From positions 186,001 to 250,000 of IMG/VR virus record IMGVR_UViG_3300012931_000759: a stretch of DNA of 64,000 nucleotides; one strand, written 5' to 3'. Below are positions 47,279-56,179 of the stretch, in pieces. A program made the translations under genes and the position numbers. Positions within the stretch are counted from its first letter, which is position 1. Each line of letters begins with the position of its first letter. The notes beneath the pieces were generated by a model, which worked only from the letters and a program-made list of their open reading frames with translations, searched no databases and was not told the DNA's origin.

Positions 47279-47635
47279 ATGGCGATCATGGAGAATATTT
47301 TTCTCGCCAAAAGGCTTTACAAAGACGGATATCAATTTGATGGTTATGAGGTGACTGAACATATCGACGGTTACCAGGTCAGCTCGGTTGTCTTGAATTC
47401 GTGTGATGTAGCTCGCTTGGAAAGGCACATGAGTAAGATAGAGTACATTGTTCGCAAAGCTGATGAAATTCCTGTACCACAGCGTTGCCAGGACTCTATG
47501 ATGGAGAAGCTGTACCAAAGCCTTGCCGGACAGGTTATTGCCTTGGAGCCGACTCGTTTCGCGCGTTTGAGGGAACTTCTTACAAAACACGCGGCACTCT
47601 ATGCCGCCATCAGCAATGCCGACGGCTACAAATAG
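47279..47635 (+). CDS. Small protein with four DGY motifs
   Basis: KDGYQFDGYE, IDGYQ, ADGYK*. Confidence 0.7.
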   Translation: MAIMENIFLAKRLYKDGYQFDGYEVTEHIDGYQVSSVVLNSCDVARLERHMSKIEYIVRKADEIPVPQRCQDSMMEKLYQSLAGQVIALEPTRFARLRELLTKHAALYAAISNADGYK

Positions 47636-47671
47636 TAGCGTCGCCGGTTTGTCGTTCCTGAAGGGGTTAAT

Positions 47672-48079
47672 ATGGACGAACAGTTTGTTACAGAGTTGAT
47701 TGAGGATCTCGAGCATATGAGGCAGTTGCTTGACCGCTGTGTGAGAAGGCTGCGTTCGCAGGTGCCAAGTGTCGTTAGCACAGCGTCGGCACCAGTGCGG
47801 ATTACCGAGCCGCAGAATGACATTCGCGCAGAAATCGAGCGCCAACGTAGGGAAATCATGTCGCAGGTGGAGCAGGTAAAAACGCAGGCGCTACAGACGG
47901 CTGCGGCTGCCCGCACCCGCAGCAGTATGCCAGCCGCTGGTGCTAGCGGTATGGGAATGGGGCTGGCGGGAATTGCTAATCTTGGATCCCCGACCCCCGA
48001 GGTTTTAGAGAAGCTGCGTCGCCAGATTACCGAGAAGATCCAAGCAGGAGATAAGCCGGAGAAAAGTAATGAAGGATAA
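47672..48079 (+). CDS. Hypothetical coiled-coil protein
   Basis: ORF with RBS. Confidence 0.65.
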   Translation: MDEQFVTELIEDLEHMRQLLDRCVRRLRSQVPSVVSTASAPVRITEPQNDIRAEIERQRREIMSQVEQVKTQALQTAAAARTRSSMPAAGASGMGMGLAGIANLGSPTPEVLEKLRRQITEKIQAGDKPEKSNEG

Positions 48080-48416
48080 TAGCAACGGGAGTTACAACGG
48101 CGTACAGTACCCATCGCGTAAATGGAAACTCGTCCTACTGGTCGTGATCCTGGCGACCATTGGCGCTTTTCTGCCGCCGCTCATCAGTGCGTGGCTGCTG
48201 GGTGCCGAGAAGCCTATGGTGCTTTTGTCCGGCACCGAGTGGGTCAGCGTGATCACCTTGAGCGTGAGCGCATATTTTGGTGCCAACGTCTGGCAGAAAC
48301 ATGTCAAGAAGAGGCACCAGCTGGACCTTGAGGCCAGCGGCGTCGTGGGCGATGCGACCGAGCCGGCGGGCGGCGACGACGACAAGGAAGAGGACGACAG
48401 TGGAAAAGAGGCCTGA
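48069..48416 (+). CDS. Holin-like membrane protein
   Basis: SRKW followed by two hydrophobic helices and a charged C-terminus. Confidence 0.55.
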   Translation: MKDNSNGSYNGVQYPSRKWKLVLLVVILATIGAFLPPLISAWLLGAEKPMVLLSGTEWVSVITLSVSAYFGANVWQKHVKKRHQLDLEASGVVGDATEPAGGDDDKEEDDSGKEA

Positions 48417-49335
48417 GACGGGCGTATCGCCAATGGAAATTTGTTCTGTGTGCGGACGGGAGAGGCGCGTCCATACAAGAAAAGATGGATTGCCAATATG
48501 TAAGGTCTGTAGACAAAAAGAGAAGAGACGGCAAAACACAGTATCCTGTGGTCGATGTGGCAGGATGAGACGATCACACTATGGGTTTTGCGCCGAATGC
48601 CTCAAAGTAGTCAGGCGCCAACAGGAGAAGTGCGCCATATGTAATGGCGAACCGGTGTATGTGAAACATGTGTGCCGATCATGCTACGACAAACAATGGC
48701 GAGCAAACAGACCGGAAATCATATGCGCATCTTGTGGGCGGATTTGCTTAGATTCCTCGCACAGGGCGCAGGGACGACCACTTTGTGTGGCGTGCTTTGT
48801 CGCCTTGCGAGTTGGGATATGCGTCGGCTGTGGCGTTGAATCACGAATTGCGAAAAGGTTGTTTGACGGCTCCATATGGTGTTGGAAATGCTACCGTCGA
48901 CACAGGTCAAAAAAGCGCTGTGACATATGTGGGATGGATGGTTTGCTCGCAATCTCCAACCCTCCCATATGTCATCAATGCTATGCGAGGGAATACAACC
49001 GCAGACCGGAAGTGTGCGCGCGCAAAGCATCGGATCTTGCGCAACGGCGGCTGATGAATGCGGATGGCAACTTTACCGCCGAGGAGTGGTTGGCGACAAT
49101 GCGCTCATGGGATTGGAGATGCGCATACTGTAGTGAAAGGCTGACAAGGAAAAACCGCTCCACGGATCACATTGTGCCTTTGACTAGGGGAGGTTCGAAC
49201 AATGCGGACAATATTGTGCCATGTTGCCGCAGCTGTAACTCCCGCAAGAACAATCGCCTGCTGTCGGAATGGTTGGCATCAGAGGACTGCGGGCGCACAT
49301 TGATACGAATTGCCGATCATCGGAGGACGGACTAA
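48400..49335 (+). CDS. HNH endonuclease with multiple CxxC repeats (start 48400 or 48433)
   Basis: CAYC...DHIVPLTRGG.N...NIVPCCRSCNSRK. Confidence 0.85.
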   Translation: MEKRPETGVSPMEICSVCGRERRVHTRKDGLPICKVCRQKEKRRQNTVSCGRCGRMRRSHYGFCAECLKVVRRQQEKCAICNGEPVYVKHVCRSCYDKQWRANRPEIICASCGRICLDSSHRAQGRPLCVACFVALRVGICVGCGVESRIAKRLFDGSIWCWKCYRRHRSKKRCDICGMDGLLAISNPPICHQCYAREYNRRPEVCARKASDLAQRRLMNADGNFTAEEWLATMRSWDWRCAYCSERLTRKNRSTDHIVPLTRGGSNNADNIVPCCRSCNSRKNNRLLSEWLASEDCGRTLIRIADHRRTD

Positions 49336-52300
49336 TGTCCAACTCGAAATACCCCAATGGCCTCGACACCGATGCCGAGTTGCCGCGAGTAGATGATGCG
49401 ATCACAGAAATCGGAGGTTTGGCTATCGACAGCCTCCGATCCGCCGTCTTCGCGATCGAGAAGGCTCTCGGCGTGAAACCGCAGGGAACGGCCGCCGACC
49501 TTGCCGGTCGGCTTGGCATGTCCCTCGACGCCAACGGCCACATCAAAGCCTCCGCCCTCTCGGGCATAGGGCTGGTGACCCTTCCGATCACTAATACACA
49601 GGTCGGCTCGGCCGCCGGCATCGAGGAGTCCAAACTCGACCTGAATTACGGCACTACCCTGCTCAAATCGTGGATCGATAGTCTCAGGGTTCGTGTGGAC
49701 GCGTTGGAGGTGACAGTTGCGACCACCATCGCACACTTTGCTGCGCATGTTACCAGTCCGTCGGTCTGGGGGCGGCACAGGACCAGCGACATCGATGCCT
49801 ATGATGTCTTCGCGGGTATGAACGCCCAAGGTGCCCTGACCAACCTCGACACGAGATTGAAGGCTCATATTGCGGATCTTGTCGACGCCCACGACGGCAG
49901 CGCAATCTCCCTCGACGCCAGTCGCTTTTCCTCGATCACTGCAACCGATGTCCAGTCGGGCGCCGAGCAGCTCGAAGCTCTACAATTGGTGGAAATCGTC
50001 CGTCACCGCGACCGGCATCACGGAAATGGGATACTTGGAACACAGGACGCCTTCCTGGCCGGAACCAGCCACGGCGAGGTGCTCATTGCCGCCTCGGCGA
50101 CAACCGCCGCCTCGATCGGGAATGGCTTCATCAAGTTCGCAGTGGCGCCCAGCGCGCCCGCCTTCCAATCTATCTCGAAAAACGACCGAATCGATTTCGT
50201 GAGCGCCGGAGGGAAAACCTACACTTTTGTCATTAGTGGCACACAGAGTACGAACCAGGTCAATATCTTCGGCTCTATGCCTGTGTCCGGGGTTGGAACC
50301 GCAACGGTGTACAAGACTGCCGAAGAGACCTTGGAGCCCTCCGTGGCTATGGTCTGTATGCGCCAGGATACACTGTCGCCGCGGCCGTCTACTCTACAGA
50401 TTGTCCACCCGTCCTCCCCCTTCATCATGAGTTCAGGCTTTCGCGGAAGCGACCTTTCGGCATCGGCTGCGAACATCCGACTGCTGTACCCCAACCAAGA
50501 CGGAAGTGGGGATACCGGCAACCTGGATGTGTACGCCGCCATGGCTGCGTTCTCGGCCGTCAAAAGCACCTGGACTGTCGAGAACATCGCCAGGACGATC
50601 AATTCTCAGCTATTCTCACCGGGCATCGGATTACCAAGATATCCGTTGGTTGCGTTTGCCTACAAGGGTGAACTTACCTTTGCCTTTGACGCGCCCGGCG
50701 CCGACGGCTATGTCGAGATCGGTGTGCCTACCGCTAACGATGCCACGAGCACTCTCGGATTTGTGTCCGGCACGAAAGAATATGCGCGTTCTTCGCGCGA
50801 TCTCTATATCGATGGATATGAGATCACTTCGGTCTCTAAACTTTTGGACGCTTACGGCCAGATTACGGCCTCCGATACAATCACCTTTACGTCCGTTAAT
50901 CTGCTCGCACTCGGCGTTAAATCGGGGCATTTGGCAAGAATCACACCATATCACAAGGGCACATATGTCATAAGTGACGTCACATCAAGCACAATTGTCT
51001 TCGACAGCGCGAACGAGCACGACTTCACCAGTTCGCCCAGCGCGCTGAACAAGCAGATCAGAGTTATAGTATATGCGGACGCCTTCTCCGTCAGCACAAC
51101 TCCTACCCAACACACATTGTACGAGGTTTTCCTCGACGGCTATGACGACGGGTATGGACCAGTGGCTGGGCTCAAGGCCTCGCCAAGAGTTGGGTATTTC
51201 GACACACCTGCTGCCCCAGGATCAGCGCTCAAAGATATCTTGGATGTGAAAGCTGTATCTCGCACTTTTGGAACGGCTTCCAGGCGTGTGTTTTTTGACT
51301 ACTCCGCGCGAACGATGGTTCTCGGCAACCCGATCACCGGCCCTTCCATCTTAAGCCTAGGTGCCAAGGTTACAATGCCTTCCTCAAGTGGAGAGGGATT
51401 TAGGTTCACCCTATATGATACCAACGGCGTGGATTACTTGGAACTTGAAGTGGCAAGTGGCCTCCCTGGCAGCGATGGTTACATGGACGTTTCCGTGTAT
51501 TCCCGTATCAGCGAGGAGCGTTTCCTACAAGTTGCAACCGTCCTACATGACGGGACCGCGTTCCAACACCTCGACGACAATAGGCAGTTCGGGAACGTAG
51601 GACGCCAGGACGTCCGTGATGATTTTACCCGCGACTACGTGTCTTATCCGCGCTCCCTACTGCGCGGCAATGGGGTCATCTACGGTTTTGTGGTCACCGG
51701 CAATGGAACGGGGACTTTGGCCGTCACGGGCGGTCAATGCTTGGTTGATGGTCAACTCAAATCCGTCGGCAAGACTTCGTTCACTATTCCTCTCGACGGG
51801 GCCACGGTGAACTATAACTTGTTCATGGACAGGGATGGCGTTCTGCGACTCATGCGGGACGACTATTTTGCCTCAGGCGTCTTGTCCACGCCTTCCACAG
51901 CTGAGTTGCTGACTAGCAGAACCGAGACCATGCTTGCCAAGGTGGAGGTAAGTGTCGCAAACACCATTACCACCATCATCGATCTCCGAAGGTTTGTTAA
52001 CGATATTGATAGTAAACTCGACCTGTTAGTTGAGGAAAACAGCATCACCCATGGCTCTTTCGCCAGCCTGAAGGCCGCCACGGACTATCTGAATAGTCTA
52101 CCATCCTCGACCGCCTGCTCCAGACGCATCAGGGTGCGCGGAGAGGTTTTCCTGTCCGAGAGCATCAGTATACCGAGGAACACGGAACTTGTGGGCGATG
52201 GGTACGGATCGGGCGGAACCTCGAATCGCAGCGCGCGCATTACATACTTGACCACCAACGCTGCTATACAAGGTAATGACGGCCTGGTCATCAGGGATTT

Positions 52301-53906
52301 GGCCTTTTTCCGAAGCGCGAATTTGCCCAATGGTTTCATCTACATGGTGAATCCATTCTCCTACCTTACGGTTGAAGGATGTACTTTCGAGTTCGGAACT
52401 GCCGACGTCAATAATAATGTCATGGTATTCGAGGCTAGCCTATCCTATGCGACGATCCGGGAGAATGTTTTCCGCAATGTTGCAACTGCTATCCAAGGGC
52501 AGAGTTTGGTCAACTACAGCAAAATTGACAACAACATTTTCGATAACTCTGACGGCACCAATGGTGTGTTTGTCAATGGCGTGTATATGAACCAAGCCTA
52601 TGACGTCAGCATCTCTGGAAACACCATGCGTGTCGCGTCTGCCGCGATGGCAGCCGGCACCGCTTTCGTCCGTCTTGGTGCTGGCAGCGGCATTGTCCAT
52701 TTTGTATGGATCATGGACAATTTTTTATTGTACTACGGAACACAGACTCCCGTAGCCAATATGGCCATGATTGATGTGAATGGAGCCAGCGTCAACACAC
52801 TTGAACTACTGATTGAACGGAACTTTCTGGCAAACACGTTTTCCAATACCGGTTTTGCAGTGGGTATTCTGTGCGCCCCGACCAGTTCGACAGCAACTGA
52901 TGTGACTGTACAGAACAACCATCTTTTCTACTTCTCGACCGTGAGTGTCGGGAAAGGCATTGTGCTGGGAAACTGCCCCTCGGCGATTGTCTCGGGCAAT
53001 GTACTGATCAGTTGCCGCAGTTCGTTCAATATTACGGGCAATGCAGACCAATTTATCTTGGCAAATAACATCGTCCGGAACGGAATTGCGGAAGCTCTCG
53101 ATACAACTTCCTGTACTAGCACTGGTATGAGTGTGCTAGGAAACCGCTTCAGCACCGATGGAACCGGTTATAACTGTTCGTTCTATCCTACCATTGATTC
53201 CGCTACAGTGTGCGGAAACATGTTTACATTCACCGGATCTTCTGGATACTCCTTGATGTTTCATTCCGGCACCAACTTCGTCATCCAAGGTAATCAATTC
53301 CTAGGCACTGTGTTTACAGTGTTTCCACAGTTGTTCATGAATGCGAACAACAACCTGGTGATGGGTAATATTCTTCGGGGAACTCCGCCAGTCGGCAGCT
53401 CCAGGATCTACGACGGCGGCACAGGCAATATCGAGATGCTCAACAAAGGACAGACATACACCGTGTGGGTATCACCTAATCGCGCAGTGTTTGCCTCCCA
53501 GTGGGCTATGGACATCAATAGCGGCTACAGCGGCTTTATCTCGCAGATTTCCGCGACAACCACAACCACCAACAACGAGGCTGCTTTTGACTTCTCAGCG
53601 CTCGATCTTCCTGCCGGGGCGCAATTGGACAAGGTTACGGTCTGGTACGGCAACTCGGGAGCAACTGGCGACATTACGTTCCAATTGTTCACGACGGACA
53701 TTTCCACCGTTACATCCACGGCTATCAGTTTAGTTGTGGATGCGGTAGCAACCGGAGGATTCCCTGCTTCGATTGATGTCACGCCCACTTCGACACATTA
53801 CATCCCTGCTGGAGGAACACAGTGGGACTCGCTGGTTGCTGTTGGAAAGAACGGAACCTCCTTCCTGAAGATAGTCTTCGGGATAAAGATAACATACATA
53901 CTGTAG
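49335..53906 (+). CDS. Large virion fibre/spike protein with C-terminal beta-helix
   Basis: GGAGG RBS; SKYPNGLD...SAVFAIEKALG anchor; beta-helix repeats; 6 DGY. Confidence 0.75.
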   Translation: MSNSKYPNGLDTDAELPRVDDAITEIGGLAIDSLRSAVFAIEKALGVKPQGTAADLAGRLGMSLDANGHIKASALSGIGLVTLPITNTQVGSAAGIEESKLDLNYGTTLLKSWIDSLRVRVDALEVTVATTIAHFAAHVTSPSVWGRHRTSDIDAYDVFAGMNAQGALTNLDTRLKAHIADLVDAHDGSAISLDASRFSSITATDVQSGAEQLEALQLVEIVRHRDRHHGNGILGTQDAFLAGTSHGEVLIAASATTAASIGNGFIKFAVAPSAPAFQSISKNDRIDFVSAGGKTYTFVISGTQSTNQVNIFGSMPVSGVGTATVYKTAEETLEPSVAMVCMRQDTLSPRPSTLQIVHPSSPFIMSSGFRGSDLSASAANIRLLYPNQDGSGDTGNLDVYAAMAAFSAVKSTWTVENIARTINSQLFSPGIGLPRYPLVAFAYKGELTFAFDAPGADGYVEIGVPTANDATSTLGFVSGTKEYARSSRDLYIDGYEITSVSKLLDAYGQITASDTITFTSVNLLALGVKSGHLARITPYHKGTYVISDVTSSTIVFDSANEHDFTSSPSALNKQIRVIVYADAFSVSTTPTQHTLYEVFLDGYDDGYGPVAGLKASPRVGYFDTPAAPGSALKDILDVKAVSRTFGTASRRVFFDYSARTMVLGNPITGPSILSLGAKVTMPSSSGEGFRFTLYDTNGVDYLELEVASGLPGSDGYMDVSVYSRISEERFLQVATVLHDGTAFQHLDDNRQFGNVGRQDVRDDFTRDYVSYPRSLLRGNGVIYGFVVTGNGTGTLAVTGGQCLVDGQLKSVGKTSFTIPLDGATVNYNLFMDRDGVLRLMRDDYFASGVLSTPSTAELLTSRTETMLAKVEVSVANTITTIIDLRRFVNDIDSKLDLLVEENSITHGSFASLKAATDYLNSLPSSTACSRRIRVRGEVFLSESISIPRNTELVGDGYGSGGTSNRSARITYLTTNAAIQGNDGLVIRDLAFFRSANLPNGFIYMVNPFSYLTVEGCTFEFGTADVNNNVMVFEASLSYATIRENVFRNVATAIQGQSLVNYSKIDNNIFDNSDGTNGVFVNGVYMNQAYDVSISGNTMRVASAAMAAGTAFVRLGAGSGIVHFVWIMDNFLLYYGTQTPVANMAMIDVNGASVNTLELLIERNFLANTFSNTGFAVGILCAPTSSTATDVTVQNNHLFYFSTVSVGKGIVLGNCPSAIVSGNVLISCRSSFNITGNADQFILANNIVRNGIAEALDTTSCTSTGMSVLGNRFSTDGTGYNCSFYPTIDSATVCGNMFTFTGSSGYSLMFHSGTNFVIQGNQFLGTVFTVFPQLFMNANNNLVMGNILRGTPPVGSSRIYDGGTGNIEMLNKGQTYTVWVSPNRAVFASQWAMDINSGYSGFISQISATTTTTNNEAAFDFSALDLPAGAQLDKVTVWYGNSGATGDITFQLFTTDISTVTSTAISLVVDAVATGGFPASIDVTPTSTHYIPAGGTQWDSLVAVGKNGTSFLKIVFGIKITYIL

Positions 53907-53915
53907 GAAAAAGAC

Positions 53916-54413
53916 ATGGCAGATAAAACTGGAATCCAGATGATCGAGGAACTTCTCGCTGGTATGGCGGTTCTGGATCGCCGCGTCCAGGTCGTGGAGC
54001 AACTCCTAAAGCAGCTGTTGGCCACAGCGAATTCAGGCCCGCCTTGCGCGGTCCCTGGCGTGGAACTCAACGGGCACCCAGCCAAGTCGCCGGGTGCCGA
54101 TCCACCGGCCGGGCAGCCTCCTAGCATAGAGGGGATCGTCCCGGAGCCGCTGATCAAGGCGGCTCCGAACGCAAGGGTGGTTGGCAGGGTCATGGAGGAG
54201 GGGAAACCCGTCCCCGAGGTGAATGTGACAATCCATGACGATAGGAACAATGCTATCAAGAAAACACGGACCAACCGCTCAGGCGAGTGGATGGCGCAAT
54301 TGCCGCCGGGTAAGTATGCTGCAGAGTGTTTTTTGGATGGGCGGGTGAACGGCAACGTGGTTTTCAATGTCGGGCAGGGCGACAGGATCGTGCGGGTCGG
54401 ACAGCCCCAATAA
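53916..54413 (+). CDS. Protein with carboxypeptidase-regulatory-like (prealbumin-fold) domain
   Basis: V.GRV...GKPVP.V.V.I...T...GEW...LPPGKY. Confidence 0.6.
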   Translation: MADKTGIQMIEELLAGMAVLDRRVQVVEQLLKQLLATANSGPPCAVPGVELNGHPAKSPGADPPAGQPPSIEGIVPEPLIKAAPNARVVGRVMEEGKPVPEVNVTIHDDRNNAIKKTRTNRSGEWMAQLPPGKYAAECFLDGRVNGNVVFNVGQGDRIVRVGQPQ

Positions 54414-54431
54414 GCACAACGGGAAACTGAG

Positions 54432-55190
54432 ATGAGCACTTCGCACAGGACTTATAGCGACCTTTTTGAACTGGCTAATTTCGTTAAACAAACGGCGGTA
54501 GGGCAGGGCAAAAACCTGCTTATCGACTCGTTGCGTGAGCATTTCCGGCAAGACACGATCTACCGGTATAGCACGGACGCTTTCGGATTTCCCCTCACAC
54601 CCGACCTAACCGATCTGCCCCCGGAGATTAGCGAGACCAGAACTACTCGCATGTTTATCGGGGACATCTTCAGGTATGACAAGCGGTACCTTCCCTCGAT
54701 CACCGTCCGCCAGACCAGCGGTCGCTACTACGCCATCAGCTTCAATCAGGAGGGTACAACGCGCTACCGCGTAGACCTGGTGGTCGACGGATACGGCAAC
54801 CGATCATTGGTGAAGGTGCCAACCCACAAGGTGTTCGCCGGGGGATGGGATCAGACATTCGAGGTGCTGATCGCCGCAGAGAGCACACTGGATCGTGAGG
54901 AGTTGTCCGATATTGTCTCCTCGTATCTCATAGGAGTGGCCAGACAACCCCTGCTGGATGCCGGGCTTTTCATCAGGACGGTTTCGTATGGTGGGGAAAG
55001 GGAGGAAGATTGGGCGAATGACAAGATCTACATACAGCCTATCACGGTAGAGACTTTCTCAGAATGGAAGCGAGAAATTCCGCTAGATAGTGTCGTGGAG
55101 ACGATCAACTTTTGCTTCGAGTTCGGGATACTGGGCAGCGGCCGGTTCGACACTGTGGTCACCTTGGTCGATGCGCATAGCGCGTCCTAG
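54432..55190 (+). CDS. Putative tail completion/terminator protein
   Basis: Upstream of sheath; LPSITV, I.AES..DREELSD pattern; 1 DGY. Confidence 0.55.
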   Translation: MSTSHRTYSDLFELANFVKQTAVGQGKNLLIDSLREHFRQDTIYRYSTDAFGFPLTPDLTDLPPEISETRTTRMFIGDIFRYDKRYLPSITVRQTSGRYYAISFNQEGTTRYRVDLVVDGYGNRSLVKVPTHKVFAGGWDQTFEVLIAAESTLDREELSDIVSSYLIGVARQPLLDAGLFIRTVSYGGEREEDWANDKIYIQPITVETFSEWKREIPLDSVVETINFCFEFGILGSGRFDTVVTLVDAHSAS

Positions 55191-55682
55191 TCGCGCGCCC
55201 ACTCTCGTAGGGCACCACAGTTCCGGCATAGCATTTCGTGCCCCTCGAGCATCGCCCGCAGGTTGTCCCAGGACATATTCTTCACCTTACTGATTGGGAA
55301 CACCTGGTCATTCTTGTGGAATTCGAACACCGGTGCGGGGAACGGCTGGCTACAGTCAGCACATACGCCTCCCTTCAATGCTACGGCTTTCTCAATTTTC
55401 TCTTCGAATTTCAGGTTCTTAATCTCATCGCTACAGGTTTTACAGTAGCTGAGGGGTTTTAAACCGCCTTTCCGGCTATGGAACTCGCAACGATCCTTGT
55501 GCTTCTGGCAGCGCGCACAAAAAGCTTTGCCTGGCTCGACTTCCACAATATATGTACGGCGGTTGTGTTGCCCCAACGGCGAGCAGACCGGACAGAAGCA
55601 CCGGCTTGCCAAGTTCCAAATGCGCCCGTCGACCTCTACCTGTATCGGAAACTCTTCTCCGCAATTCCTACATTTTGGCATA
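55187..55682 (-). CDS. Cys-rich HNH-like endonuclease
   Basis: KGGVCADC...FEFH...MLCRNC; start MPKCRNCG. Confidence 0.6.
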
Positions 55683-56015
55683 TGTCGCTCCCTTCTTGAG
55701 ATTGTCCTTGGCCTGGAGCCATTGGTGGTTTTCGGGCGCGAAGGCCAAACTGATCTGCGACGCATCCGTCAGATCGAAACTGGACAGTCTGTGGCACATC
55801 TGGCATTCCTGCCTAGGTTTCGTTTTTGCGTGGCATGAGGAGCAGACCGGTCCGGCATCGGTACGTGTCTCAACGATTTGCTTTTGACCGCAAAAGACAC
55901 ATATCTCTTTGATTCTTCTTATGTATTCCTGATGTTTATAATATTGATCACACAGTTGTAATTTCTGCGAGAACAGGACAGCGACCTTGTGTTCACAACC
56001 GACACACATGGACAT
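55668..56015 (-). pseudogene. Internally deleted HNH endonuclease
   Basis: CxxC N-terminus joined directly to FDLTDASQISLAFAPENHQWL (compare 25354); lacks the DH catalytic motif. Confidence 0.55.
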
Positions 56016-56037
56016 TGAGCACCTCCTGCTTGCTCTG

Positions 56038-56055
56038 ATGCTGATTAATTGATAG
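56038..56055 (-). promoter_or_regulatory. Putative phage late promoter, minus strand
   Basis: Reverse complement reads CTATCAAT TAATCAG CAT, upstream of AGGAGGT RBS of 56015. Confidence 0.7.
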
Positions 56056-56098
56056 AAAACAGATTATCTTTCAAATCCACAGACTATCTCCTCGCAAT

Positions 56099-56116
56099 CT
56101 ATCAATAAACATGTAT
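56099..56116 (+). promoter_or_regulatory. Putative phage late promoter for the tail operon
   Basis: CTATCAAT AAACATG TAT. Confidence 0.65.
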
Positions 56117-56179
56117 CAGACCAAGGAAGGGCGCATCTGCGTCAGTTACGACAATTTTGCCGCCTGGAGGACTCAACCG

